Assembly: GCF_009914755.1 (NCBI RefSeq)
Contig: NC_060931.1
Strand: one strand, 5' to 3'
DNA from: the human T2T-CHM13v2.0 reference genome, Homo sapiens
DNA length: 64,000 nt
The position numbers were made by a program, and so were the translations under genes. Numbering within the stretch: the stretch's first letter is position 1; each line of letters begins with the position of its first letter. This document shows, piece after piece, positions 50,250 through 64,000 of the stretch. Below the pieces are notes generated by a model. It saw nothing but the letters and a program-made list of their open reading frames with translations, was not told the origin of the DNA and did no database searches.

Positions 50250-53200
50250 GTGACCAAGCTTCCCTCTCCCTGGCCAGCTCCTGAGACCATCTTGCAAGAT
50301 TTGCCAGGCTCTGCTAGGATGGGGCCCAAAGTGAAATGAGGCGTTATCTCTAGAAGAGTGACAATTCAGCAAAAGTCTGTTAATCATGGTCAGTTTTTCC
50401 CTCCGTGAAGCCAGTGTTTCCTACTTGAGCAAAGATAGCTTAACTTCCCAACAGGAGTATTTCTAAGGGTTACTGGTTATATAGTCTCTGGCTTTGGGCT
50501 CCTTAAAGATGTGGCCCCTGGGTATAGAGAAAATAGCAAAATGGTGCACATCCCTTCCCCGTTATTAGATGGGCGAGAATTTAACTGTGGGCATGAAGAT
50601 TATACTCTTCACATATGGTCTGATATATGGCCTTATCAAGGGAGAAAATATTTTAGATTCCATACATGCGTGATAGCTGTTTGGTCACTGTTAAAAGCGT
50701 ACCTCTACTAAAAGCAAGTATGTGGAGCTTCTTCCAAAGCTGGCATCCATGAAAAATCCTAAGAATTGCTACTTCCTTAAAGGAGGTCTCTGTGTCCACA
50801 GATGCCTACATTATTCCACAAAAACAATCCATAGCTTCAGAAGAGGGTCAGAGGTGAATGATCATTTCTGGAGCTCCTGTGTGCTGCTGTGCACGTAATG
50901 CCATTCACCTCCTGGGGAAAGTTAGGAGGATTTAAAAATAAATATTTTTAGTAATTGGAGAGCGTCTAAATTAGGTAAAAAGTGTTGGAATGTATAAGTA
51001 AGCAATGTATATAAGGTAGGGACAGTGGGCAGGCAATCAAGTAAGAGATTCACTGTGAATCATGAACAAAAATGGTTTGGTAGGTTTTTCTCTTGTTAAT
51101 TTGGTTGTTGGATTTTTGTTCTTGACAAGCCGGGAAGCAAGCAGTTGACAGGGAGGGAGGAACACAGAAGGCAGGAAGATGAAAATACAAGGCTGAGCAG
51201 GGGAGCGCAGGAAGGTAACTGAAGAGTCCTTATGAGCAGGGACACATTGAGTGATTCTGTGTGGCTCCTGATGTCAGACCTGAGAGTTAACTGGAGATTA
51301 TGAGGATTTGGATCCCTAGAAGAAAGAAATGTCATAACCAGCAGATCTGCTGAGCTGCCCTGCAGGAAAACCAGCCCCCTGTCCTGTGAGGTCTCAGGAA
51401 GAGGCTGCATGATTCTCTGTCAGGGACTTTTTTTGCTTTGTATTGTTTTTGATATTGGGAGGTTGACCACATGACTATCAAATCTAAGATCTGGTGGTTT
51501 GGAAATTCTGTGCCTCTACTCAGGCACCTCCCTTAGCCTAGAATTTCCTTTTTCTCATTCATAATAGTCTTTATGTCATTTGGAGTTTGGTTCTTAGTAT
51601 TTGCACAATCCTGTTTTCTTGGAGGAGCCCATCTCTGTTAGCCTCTGTACCTTGTTTAGTGCCTGAAACAAACAGAGCTCCATGAGTGCCTTCTTTTCAC
51701 TGAGGAGTGGGCTAACAATTTAACTTGAGTATAGGGGGATGAGGGGAGAATTTGGGAAAGCTGAACCGGAGATAACTTTTATATCTACAACCAGAGAAAC
51801 AGGCTGGACTCCCGTTCCAGGTATCCTCCTGCCCTGTCTCCCCAGATCAAGGTTATGAAATCCACAAGCTAATGAAAATGCCTGGACTTGCTGTTCTGTC
51901 CTGGCAACCCCAGGCAGCCATAGAACCTGGAATATTCTCAACAATATTTAAGCCAGCATGGACAGTAGCCACAGGGATGCCAAACTGGGGCTGGCCCAGG
52001 AAAGCCGTGGACAGAGCAGCAGGAGCTCCCTGCTGGCTGGCCCAGCAGGCTAGCCCTGCCCTTTCATTGACAGCTCAATAAAACAGCCTCACAGTTCCCA
52101 GGATTGAAGCTTCTGGCCGTGTTTTTCATGTGACAGTGGTGTTTTTTGTACCCCTTCGATGGAAGGATAAGAATGAGTGTGTGAACGTGCCTGTATAGGG
52201 CTGAGGAAAAGAGCATGATATTGGATGACATTGTTTTCATAGGTATAATGTGACATGGATGTGCCTTCCTACCTTGGCTACTACCTTTAGTTGTCTCCAT
52301 GCAACTCAGATTAGGGAAATTAGGGCAGGATTTCAAGGATTAAAATGTGAGTTTTTTAATAGGCTTATGGTAGCTAACCACACTTCTGCTCACTCAGCTA
52401 GGACTCTGTCTTCCCTATCTTCTCCCTCCCCTGTTTTCCATTGATGCCCAGGTACCAATAAACCTAAGATGCCTTCACTCACTTCTATGACCTTCCTAGA
52501 TATGTGGAACAAGGAAAGCCATATGACCAAATGGTGGTTTTCTTGCTATCTTCCTTGCACTGTTGCGTTCTGCCTTGATCCTGCCATTGCTCCCAGGAAA
52601 GCTGACCTTCAGATTGACAAACATTGTCCAGCTGAAGACCCTTTGTGGTGGCAGAGAAAACAGCCAGAACGCTGGATATCTGGCTCCGAGGTGGAGCTGG
52701 CACCTGTCACTCCTGGCTTGCCCTTCTGTTCTCCAAGAAGCAGTGTGGAGGGTGCCCAGTGGGTAATACATCTGTCGTTCAAAACTGTGCCTGGGAAGCA
52801 GAGGCACTTGCCTCTGTCTGACAGGCATGGCCCTTGTGCCAGAGAAAGCAGAGAGCAGAGGGGAAACCACTCGGATATGCTGTTGCTAGGAAGCATAGAT
52901 GTGTTTGATGTTTTGATTTTAGCAGTATTGGAGGTTTGCCTTTTTAATAACATGAAAAACTATAGGTTTTTCTTATATCAAATATGTGCTTTATTGAAAA
53001 TGTGTGGTTAAAGCAGAATCCTCTCATCAAATCCTTTTTTTCCACCAGTCATTAAATTAAAAAAAATTCCTCTGGAGACAGGAGAGGAGTGCAATAAGTT
53101 CAAAATGAAAATGACAGCAGAAAGGTTCTTGCAGAAGCAGCTTAGTTCAGAGGCTGTTATGGCCAACAGCTCCCATGGCCTTGGCCGTATTAAGCAGTGG

Positions 53201-53319
53201 CCACAGAGTGGGAGCAAGGATGGAATTCATGTCCTTCAGATATCAGTGTCCAGCTGTCCAATCCTGTGGAAGCTGGGAAAAGGTCATGAGGTTACTCTCT
53301 TTCACTCTTTGAATGATTC

Positions 53320-53760
53320 ACTGAATATTTACTGAGCTGTGTGTTCACGGCACTGTGCTGGGGGGCTAGATAAGCCAGACACAGTCCTTGTCCCCCGGAA
53401 AGAAAAGAGATGATGTTTCAAAGGATCTGTGCAATAAGAAAGGTATGAAGGACATGGGACCCTATAGGGAGTGGCTAACTTTTTTGGGGCCACTTGGCAA
53501 GCACCACTGAGGAATTTGAATTAAGTCTTAAAGGATAGACATTAGATTTTTCCAGTGGAAAAGACCTGGAAGTACCTTCCAGTCAGGAATAGCCAGGTGG
53601 ATGGAAGTCCAAGGGTTGATGGGACATTCTATGATTTGGTAAAAGAATGAGTGGGGAAGAAAGAAATGGAGTTAGAAAAGTAGGCTGAAGTCTAGGCTGC
53701 TAGGAACCTTGAATTTGATGCCAAGAACTTTGAATTTTTTTTGTAGGTGCCCAATCAGAG
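53320..53760 (-). mobile_element. L2 fragment
   Basis: ATTCACTGAATATTTACTGAGC...GGCACTGTGCTGGG...AAGTCTTAAAGGATAG. Confidence 0.6.
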
Positions 53761-53849
53761 GTGAGCTTGATCCTAATCTCAGTATACCTATAAATCCCTC
53801 TAGGAGGACAGAAATGGATTCCCTGGCGCTAATGGAGCTGCACTCTTGG

Positions 53850-54050
53850 CAGCACCATCTAATAGCACTCTCTTCAGTGATGGTAGTGTTCTCAATCCAC
53901 TCTGTCCAATATGGGGGCCATTGGCACCTGCTGCCATTGAACATTTGAAATGTGGCTAATGATACTGACAAACTGAACTTGTAATTTTATTTAATGGTAA
54001 TTAACTTAAATTCCAATTTAAATAACCACATGTGTCTAATGGTTTCTGGT
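53850..54050 (+). mobile_element. MER3-like hAT-Charlie MITE
   Basis: CTGTCCAATATGG...CATTTGAAATGTGGCTA...AACTGAACTTGTAATTTTATTTAAT...AAATAACCACATGTG. Confidence 0.8.
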
Positions 54051-54531
54051 GTAGAGTTTTCAGGAGGCAGTAGCTGTAGTTTGATGCGGGAAAATAGTTC
54101 TGAAGGCTTCTCTGCAGATGAGTTGTGTTTAATTGGATTTCAGGGAGGGAACTGACCACAGGTCAGTTCTGATCCCACTACCGTGCCGAGTGCTATGAGG
54201 AACAGGGTTAAAACATGCCTTCAAGGAGTCATTGAAACATGACACACAAACATCAAACATTGAGAGAAGGGAGGTAGTGGATGTGTGACAAAGCGCTGCC
54301 CAGCCTGGTGCCAGCTCCCTGGGCCCCTGCAGCAGCTCTGGGCCTTCTCTTGCCCTATTGTGGCACTGAGCAGCTGTGTTAACCACACAGAACAAGAGTC
54401 CTACCTGAACCCTGAACCTCTTGGCTGCCAGGCAAGATGCCAGGAGTGGGGCAGATGAATCAGGAAACCATTTCTAGATACATTAATTTGAAGCTCCTGT
54501 GACAGACAGTATGCTTTAAGGGGATTGCAGG

Positions 54532-55428
54532 GGCCTGATTCCTTTGTTATTTTGCCAATTCCGTTACAATAGAAACCAGTCAGGCAGGCACTCTTCACCT
54601 GCAGAGCTTTCCTGGAAAAGCTCAGAGTAATGCAACCTGTGTTTTCCCACTGGAGCACACTGGGCAGCCGTGTTTCCTGACCAACTCACCATCAAACAGA
54701 ACATAAATGTGACAGAACAATGTCATGACAGCAGAGGTACCAAAGCCATAAATCTCAGTCACTCCCAGAAGTGATAAAATTCTGCTACTTATTCTATAAA
54801 ATGAATATAAATGTAGACTATGGGTGCATACTGATTAAGAAAAGGACAACGATCTTCCATAAACACAGAAGAACTCAACTTCACTGTGTCATAAATTAGA
54901 TTTTCCTCACACTGAATTATGAAGTGTGATAAACATGAATTGAATAGTTGAATAACAATTGTTTTGTCTCTCCCTAAAATTTGAAGTGCATTTGAAGATG
55001 CTTTTATTTTTCTCTTAATAAATTCCTTTGTAACCAACAGAAGCATGCAAAATTATTCCATTATCTATTCCACCACCACATTAGTAGACCAATGAAATAC
55101 AAGTGTGAGGGCAACGCAAAGTGAATCCAGCCGAAGTCTGTATCAAGAGGCTGCCAAAATACAGATTGGGCAGATTTTAGCTGGAGGAACGTTGAATAAC
55201 TAAGACCTACAAATAGAAGCTCTCATTTACTCCCATTCTTTACTTTCCCACTATCATTCTGAAATTCTGATTTCAATATTAATATCTTTCATGATATTCT
55301 TTTGTGTAGTATTAAAAGTAAACTGTGATGTTTCCCTTTTTAGAAAAGTGATATGTATTCACAGTGCCTGCCTGACTCTTTGGGTTTCTATTGTAACAGA
55401 ATTGGCAAAATAACAAAGGAATCAGGCC
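54532..55428. repeat. Inverted repeat: 61-bp arm (54532-54592) and 66-bp arm (55363-55428), 770-nt spacer
   Basis: Arm 2 is the reverse complement of arm 1 except for one substitution and a 5-nt indel (CTTTG at 55378-55382). Confidence 0.95.
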
Positions 55429-56120
55429 TATGTAGAAAATATAGGTAAGAAAATTAAGGATAACTGCAATCCACCACACCGAGCTTTCCATTGGATTTGG
55501 TCGTATCTGTTTTCAGTTATTCTTGTTTTCATTGTGTGATGACACGATGTTGAAACACAATTTTGTTATCCTTCTCTTTTTTTTCAGTTAATCCTTCCCA
55601 AACATTTCCTCATATTTAAAAATATATTTCCAAAACTTCATTGTAATGGCTGTAGGGTGTTTCATCACAGAAGTCACCTGAATTTATCTAGCTCGGCCCT
55701 TATTATGGATAATTTAGGTTATTTCCCTTTTCTTTTTCTATTTAAATAGCATTGTGATGAAAATTCCTAGGTTTGAAGCCTATATTCACAGGCATTACTA
55801 TTTTCTTAGGTGTAAAATTTTCATCAGAGAGTAAGAACCTTTCTCTGGGCTGTGTATAAATATAACTCAGTTGCTCTCTAGAAAGATCTAATGTAGTTAC
55901 TGTGAATATGGGTTCTGAGATCAGAAAAAAACAAGGTGTCGTCCTAGGTTTGCAGTTCTGGATCTGTGATCAGCCCTGTGACATTGAGTAAATTACTTAA
56001 CTTCTTCAAGCTTCAGCTTCCGTATCTATTAAATGGAGCAGTGAAAATCTCTGCCTCATAGCCCATTGCCATGTGGACTGGAGGAGACATTCCCTGAAAA
56101 ACACTCTGTGTAAAAGCTGG
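55335..56120. mobile_element. L1ME-like fragment (antisense, ~55335-55885) and MIR (sense, ~55895-56120)
   Basis: GGATAATTTAGGTTATTTCC...TAAATAGCATTGTGATGAA; GAGTAAATTACTTAACTTCTTCAAGCTTCAGCTTCC. Confidence 0.65.
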
Positions 56121-57108
56121 CAGTTTCACACCACTGCCAGCGGGGCAGGGGGATGACTGCTTCTCCATTCTGTCACAAACTCTGTTCATTATTTTATGTA
56201 AAAATCATCAACTTGATAAGTGAAAAACAACATTTATGAATTTTAACTTCCGAGACAAAACACATATTTCAAGCCTATAAAAATACATACAACATTTTCA
56301 AGTAAAGGTCTGGCTTGGACAAATATTTTTCTCTCACACATTGTTCTCCATGAGTGGTTGATCATATAAAAAGCTCACATCTTCCTTAGTTTTACAGAAC
56401 GGCATATCATTGATTGTGTCTGTGGAGACAGAGGGACCTGTCTGTGGGTGAGGTGGAGTGTATGTACACAGTGGTTATTCAATGTGTGCTGAAAACATTT
56501 TCTCTCAACAGTCTCGATTGGATTTAGCTGTCTGTAATTTATCTTCAATTGTGTAAATAGCTTCATAAGACAAGTAGAAATCAAGAGAAAAGGAAAGCAT
56601 TCACTAACAATCCCCTTACCCGAACAAATTACATTTTATTTGTTTATTGTCCATGGAATTTTACAGAATTACAGTAGACATTCACTCAAATCCGGGGACA
56701 CATTTCCTCACACTGAGACCAGCCTTTTCCCATATATGTGCCATCATTTTACCAGGTCCATGAGATGCCATTCCATCCAGGTCTTGGCAGTGGGAGCCGT
56801 GTATACAGAAAGAGACCCACCCCCATGGGCCAGGAGAGAGGATGGGGAACAAATTCTACTGGGAAAGTGAAGTAGGAATGGGATTACAGGTTAGAACCTG
56901 GGGCAGCCAAAAATGTCGCTGTGAAGTCTGAGCGTAAATATGATGGGTGTGGGTTATTCTGAAATGAAAGTTGAAACAACAAAGGGAAATGACATTGAGG
57001 GAGATTCATACACTGGCATTTAGACGCCATTTTAAGGACAAGCTTTATTTGGCTTCTCTTTGGAATTCCAGAGTCTCTACCCAGTGTAAAGACAGTACTG
57101 TGTGTTTA

Positions 57109-57568
<460 letters not shown>

Positions 57569-58687
57569 TCACTCATCAAATAATCTCTCAGTCCTTGACA
57601 TGGAAGGAGGCTCTTTGAGTTTTACATCTGTTCCTCTTTTGTCCCTGTTTTTTCCTATTTCCCAAAACTGTGCCCTTGAGTGTTGGGCTGCAATAACTTT
57701 GTGGGTTCACTGTGGGTCTGTTGCTCCTTGAATCTGTTTTTTGCTGTTTAATTCCTGTTTAGAGCAGACAGTGTGTTGATTTTATACCCAGAGGTAGCTG
57801 ACTGCTCTCGACAATCAGTTGTGCACAGGTCCCACACCATGGGAAAATGACATTATAGTGTCCAGTGGCAGTGTCATGATCACTTTTCAAGATCGTAAGT
57901 GCAGCTTGTACTCTTGGATATTATTTTTTCTGTGTTCAGCCTTGAATAGCTTCTGTGAGGAAGGGAGTTTGCTGAACAAGGTTGTGAAAAATATAAGGAT
58001 AGTTTAATTTTATTAGTCTTGGAGGCCTCTTGCATAAATGTTAACTGGAAACTGTTAGGCAGTAAATTTGCTGAAAGAAGAAGATGAGATTGTTGTGTAG
58101 TATAATAAAAAGGGCACTCTTTCAAAGCTGGGAGATATAATTTAATTTGCTCTTTTCCACTTAAAAGTGCTGACTTTGGGCCCATGTATTTATTTGTAAA
58201 ATGACCCCTTCATTTATGGAACAAGAAACTGTATTATGCCTTGTTTACCATCCAGTGACAGGCTCCGTGTGAAAGCATTTTGTAAACTGTAATATTATAC
58301 ACTAATGTAAGGCCATTATTATGTCTTTGTGGTCAACATGTTTAAAAATTTGTTAGTTTGCATTTCCGTTCAATTTATGTCCTGGTCCATCATTTCCATA
58401 TTTCAGCTGCAGAGACCTTGATTCAATTCTGTTCATCTTGCAGTCTAATTAGAGACCTGAAATGTTTGCTTTATTTAGAATTTGTCACTTTACATTCTGA
58501 AGAATGAAGATTCAGTGTTCCTTAAAAGACTAAGATTCTAAGATATTACAGAAGTGAATTCTAATCGTCTGTCTTCAGAAAGCCATGGGATTTTGTGTTT
58601 TCATCAAGTTGGTTACCATTTTTGGAAACATTGCAGTAAAGTCTATTAGTTTTATATCAGTGCTTGTCACAAGATGGCGATGGTATT

Positions 58688-59424
<737 letters not shown>

Positions 59425-59734
59425 TAAATGCTTTGTGACAAGCATATTTAAGCAATTTAAAGATTTCCACTGTTGCAAAATCCTCTTGACCTCAAACTAC
59501 CAGCTGGATATACTTAGCTCATGGGCGGTTATAGCTGTGGCTTAGGTTATGTGTGAAGCAAAGGAGATTCGGGACAATTACAGTCATTTAAGGTCTTCAG
59601 GATAAGCAAGATACTTTTTTTTAGAGATTATTATACAAAGCCTAGTAGAATTTTTTTCCCCTCTGAGAGATTTCTATAATAGTTGTCGCCTCAGGCAAGT
59701 AAATTAGCTTATTTGATATCTGTAAAATGGAATT

Positions 59735-60460
59735 CTTTATTCATCCAATAAATATTTGTTACAAAGTGGCTAGGTAGTGGGCATTGTGCTGACACTGGGT
59801 ACTTTCATGAGTATAAGAGATGAAGCCCCAGTCATTGACACAGTGGCAGCCTAGTGGGAGAAACAGACAAAAACATAACTCTACAATAAAAACTTACAAA
59901 TTACAGTAAGTATGAGGAAGGAAACAAACAGGGCAGAGTGATAGAAAACCATTGGAGAGGGCTGAGATGGGATGAAGAGGGAGGCTTCTCTACAGATGAT
60001 ATTTCAGCCTAGCCCTGAAGGAGTGAAGGGAGTGAGGGCAAGCATTCTATGCAGAGGAAACATGTTTGATGGCATAGGGTAGGAGAAAAATTATTAGCAT
60101 GCTCTCAAAGTGGAGAGGAGCCAGTGTGGTTTGAGCCTGAGGTGGGCTAGGGGAAGAGGGGCGCAAGAGGAAGGTGGAGTAGGAGCAGTAGCTGAATCAC
60201 GCAGGACTTGGCAGGGCTTTGAAAGGAGTCTAGCTTTTATTCCAAGAGAAGTGGAAGCCTCTGATAGCTTGTAAGCAAGCCTCTTTCTGCTTTCCAAAGA
60301 TGACCCTGGATACTAGATAGAGAATAAATTGGAAGGGGACAAGATTGAAAGCAGGGTACTAGGCAGGAAGCTATTGTGATAGTCCTGGTGAAAAACTGAT
60401 GGTGGCTTGAATTAAGATGGTGGCAGTGCATGTGGAGAGGAAGGGAGAGAGTCTAGATTT
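59735..60460 (-). mobile_element. L2 fragment
   Basis: TTCATCCAATAAATATTTG...CTAGTGGGAGAAACAGACA...GGAAGCTATTGTGATAGTCCTGGTGA...GATGGTGGCTTGAA. Confidence 0.75.
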
Positions 60461-60874
60461 TAGAAATTTGCATTTTACAATAATACCTGCTATCTAGTTA
60501 CAAACATTAGTGATATATGCTTGAAGCATCTCAAAGAGTGTCCAACTCATAGAAGATGCTCAGTCAAGGGTAGCTGCTGTTGTTATTTAGATTTGAAGGA
60601 GAAATGACTGAATAGTTGTCACCTGGTTCAAGGATTGGCAAATTTTTGTTTTTAAAGGGCCAGATTTACCTGAAATAAAGAGACTGGGATTTTCAGCATG
60701 CTACCCTAGTCTTAATAGCCTTAGCTCACATCTCAGAAGAGAAGGCCACCCATGCCATTGCTGACTCCACAATGTCTACATTGGTTGAAGATAAGAGTGG
60801 TCACTGGTTAAAGGAAGCATTAAGAATTGCCTTGAAGCTGTGATTGCAGTGTACAGACATTGCGTTCACTTAGA

Positions 60875-61042
60875 CCTGTGAGTTATAACCTGGCTGGACA
60901 TTGGAATCACCCTGGGAGCTTAAAAAATAAACCAGGAACCTAAGCCTGTGCCCTATGCCCTGATGTCTTTCTTCAATTGGCCTTGTGTACCTTTTAAAAC
61001 TCCCTAGGTGATTCTGACCTGCAGCCAGTGTTGAAACCCCTG
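60875..61042 (+). mobile_element. MER5B-like MITE
   Basis: AACCTGGCTGGACATTGGAATCACC...CTCCCTAGGTGATTCTGACCTGCAGCCAGTGTTGAAACC. Confidence 0.65.
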
Positions 61043-61888
61043 AGTTAGTTTGTGTGTTTACTTGGGTGGCTGTGGGGAGGTAGGATGATGGATTTTTGGG
61101 GGTTGCTGAAGCTTCCTCAGCTGCCCCTTGGTGCAGTCACTAGTCTGTGTTTTTTGAAAAGCACCAGAGCCCTTTCACCTTCCTCTGACTCCATTTTGGT
61201 TGCGCCCCCACCTCTGCAAACCCAAGTCCAATCTTTATATCAGAGTTCACCTTCCACAGCAAGTGTGCCACTCTATCAATGCTGCCCTTCTCAGAGAAGT
61301 ATTGATTCGATAAAAATAATTCACTTAAGGTGTGGCTGAGGCTGCTAAAAGGTGAGGCAAATGGTCCACCTCTAACCTAATGCATCAGTGCTGGGTAGAA
61401 TATGTGAGGGTGAGGTTTTTGAAGAACTGGGTCCTTCCAGCCATCTTGAATACTCCTAGCTCCCTTTATTTTGAATCCCCTTTCCCTTGAATTTACTGGA
61501 AAAATGAATAAAATAAATGGAGTCAAGTTTGATCCAGCCAACCATCCTGGTATAATGCAGGGCTCAGCAGAATTCTATTAATTTGATTAGCTGTGGTAGT
61601 GCTGTTGTTGGGATCATATTAGATACAGGATATATGATCCTTCTCTTCCTGGCCGAGAGCTATACTTAGCACCATTTCAGTGCACACGTTGCATTTGAGG
61701 ACTACACATTTCATGTCAGCATCTTCATTTCAGGGACTGAGTCTCTGGAGCTAAAATTACTTTTCTAATGGAAAAGGAATATGGCTCCTGAAAGATTCCA
61801 TTTACCTGTTCTTAGTGGAGCCATCTGGGTGAAGTATAACTCCATCAAATGAAGTTCAGTGGGAGGGGAATGTTTTAGACACATACAT

Positions 61889-61941
61889 TCTCTCTCTCTC
61901 ACATATACACACACACACATACACACACGCACACACACACA
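61889..61941 (+). repeat. Imperfect (TC)n(CA)n microsatellite
   Basis: Read directly from the sequence. Confidence 0.85.
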
Positions 61942-62399
61942 TTATGAACTTCCACAGACTGACAGTTGGTACATGAAGAAATAAATTTACACAGATCTGT
62001 AGCATCTCTCAGTAGATTCAGTTCAGATTCATGTAGAATACTGAACACTATAAAAGCCCTCTTTACTTGTTTTTAGCTCCCAGGTCCTTTGACTCACGAC
62101 GGCACTTGAGGCCACATAAGACAAAAAGGAGAAATCTTCCAGAGCAAAAAGTCTGGAAGTTGAACATATAAGAAGTCAGCCAGGCGAGAAACTCTAAATG
62201 AACCAGTGACATTTTAAAGTCCAGCCTGGATTTTAACACTGTCATGACTATAGACACAATATGTGCCCACCACCTATGGCACAAAGGACTAATGGAACCC
62301 TAATTTAGCATGGGAATTACTAAATAAAATGTAATATGCTAAGGGCTATAGTGAAAGTATATAAAAGTTTAATAATAATCATTTATATTACTATTCACT

Positions 62400-62630
62400 C
62401 TTTTTAAGCACTTCCTTTCCCCCAAGGACTATATTAGCATTTTATATTATATTTTATCTTGATAATGCCCATAATACTTTATATGGTAACATTATATTAC
62501 CCACATTTTACTCAGAGGGTCATTGAGACTTAAAATAGTTAAGTAATTTGCTGAAAGTCACAGAGCTAGGAAGCAAGGAAGCTGGGAGTTGAACCCAGGT
62601 CAGCTTGCATCATTGCCCCGTCCTTAATCA
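62400..62630 (-). mobile_element. MIR
   Basis: GTTAAGTAATTTGCTGAAAGTCACAGAGCTAGGAAG...GGGAGTTGAACCCAGGTC. Confidence 0.75.
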
Positions 62631-63328
62631 TTATGAGAACACAGATACCCAAGAGCACTGTGGAAAAAAAAGAATGCATATTTATGTGCTTATATTAGTG
62701 TCAACTAATTCATCCAAATATGTATCTAAATCTTAGTCACCTTAGTGACTTTCCAATTTCTATTTGTTTGTTCCCTATCACTGGTGGTTGTTACTCGGTA
62801 CCTTCTGACTCTAAATGTGTTGTGATCTTGTCTGCTGTATGTTACATTGTCATCCTTAGCAGAATGTCTGCCACCTGCCTATAACTGATACTAATTGTCA
62901 CTGCACATTCAGTCATACATTTTATACATGGAAAAGGTGCTGGAAACGTGGGTGTTTTTGTCTTTCTGTAGCATAACGGATGGTTTGCTGGGCTATGTGA
63001 ACAGTTTTCTTCCTCCTTGTTTGGCTCTGCAAACCCCAGATGGTTCTAGCTCCTTCCCTGCAGCAACTCTGCCCTAATTATATACACTGAGTTATTTCTT
63101 GACTGACTGGATGCCTCCTGTAAAAGTTCAAGAGATAAAGTCAGGTATGGTGACCTTCAGCACCCCATAGGGGGATGTGGAGATGGTTGAGTTCCAGAAG
63201 GCACATTGCCATGCTGATTGAATGTATTGATAAAGCCGGCACATAATGTTTTTATGTTTCACCTATAGCGGTTTTAATGCCCCTTTGAGAATAAATGCAC
63301 TCTAATCCTAACCACTTTGGCAGATCCC

Positions 63329-63635
<307 letters not shown>

Positions 63636-63789
63636 ATGTTGTTTTTTAACTATTTAACAAAATAGATCCTTTTAAAATACATATGTGCCCATCACATCAC
63701 ACCTATGTTTTAAGAAATGATCTTATGTCTTTTACAAGTTTGAAAAAACAACTGAATTCACAGAGGGTAAATGAGGGCTCAGGTCAGTG

Positions 63790-64000
63790 TTAGTGTTCTA
63801 GGATAATCTAAAAGCTGTGCTGAATTGAAGGCAAATCCGGTGATGTCACTCCACAGCTTAAAACCCTTCCAAGGCTTCCGTTTGCCAAGGCTTGTGGGGT
63901 CATTTGTGGTCTCTGATCCTGGCTTACTTCTCTGCCTCTCTCTCCTACCAACTGCCCTCCTCAAGGTCCATGTCTCTAACCCACCAAACCAAGGATCCGC
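63790..64000 (+). mobile_element. L2 fragment
   Basis: ATGTCACTCCACAGCTTAAAACCCTTCCAAGGCTTCC. Confidence 0.6.

Noticed and set aside
50851-50911. 10-bp terminal stem GAGGTGAATG/CATTCACCTC as a possible C/D snoRNA
   Set aside because: No proper C box (RTGATGA) or terminal D box (CTGA).
52469-53011. 180-aa ORF (likewise the 192-aa ORF at 11979-12557)
   Set aside because: No recognisable domain, promoter or splice support; this length is plausible by chance in 64 kb across six frames.

Overview
Human (or very close great-ape) genomic DNA lying inside the BMPER gene (BMP-binding endothelial regulator, crossveinless-2 orthologue) on the + strand. There are only two real coding exons. The first is 1611-1947 (337 nt, end of the von Willebrand D domain with the CGLC motif and start of the Cys-rich C8 region). 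The second is 59097-59227 (131 nt, rest of the C8 region). A 57,149-nt GT-AG intron separates them and they splice in frame (CG|G = Arg). From memory these are exons 13 and 14 of 15. The rest is intron rich in Alu, MIR, L1M, L2, ERVL/MaLR LTRs and hAT/piggyBac MITEs. The other ORFs in the track are noise or repeat-derived. I see no new gene system. The best leads are: (1) a 61/66-bp inverted duplication 770 nt apart that matches no repeat I recognise (54532-55428); (2) a strong cryptic exon or recursive splice site with a perfect CAG|GTAAGT at 43684, in the same phase class as the downstream exon; (3) both exons bracketed by inverted Alus, where a two-exon circle would be a 468-nt stop-free frame; (4) a MER85 piggyBac MITE keeping the PGBD3-binding palindrome next to a CTCF motif; (5) a perfect 4-unit heat-shock element; (6) a TCF site plus helper-site cluster; (7) a 51-bp G-quadruplex minisatellite. 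Repeat family names are by-eye recognition and the boundaries of old repeats are approximate.
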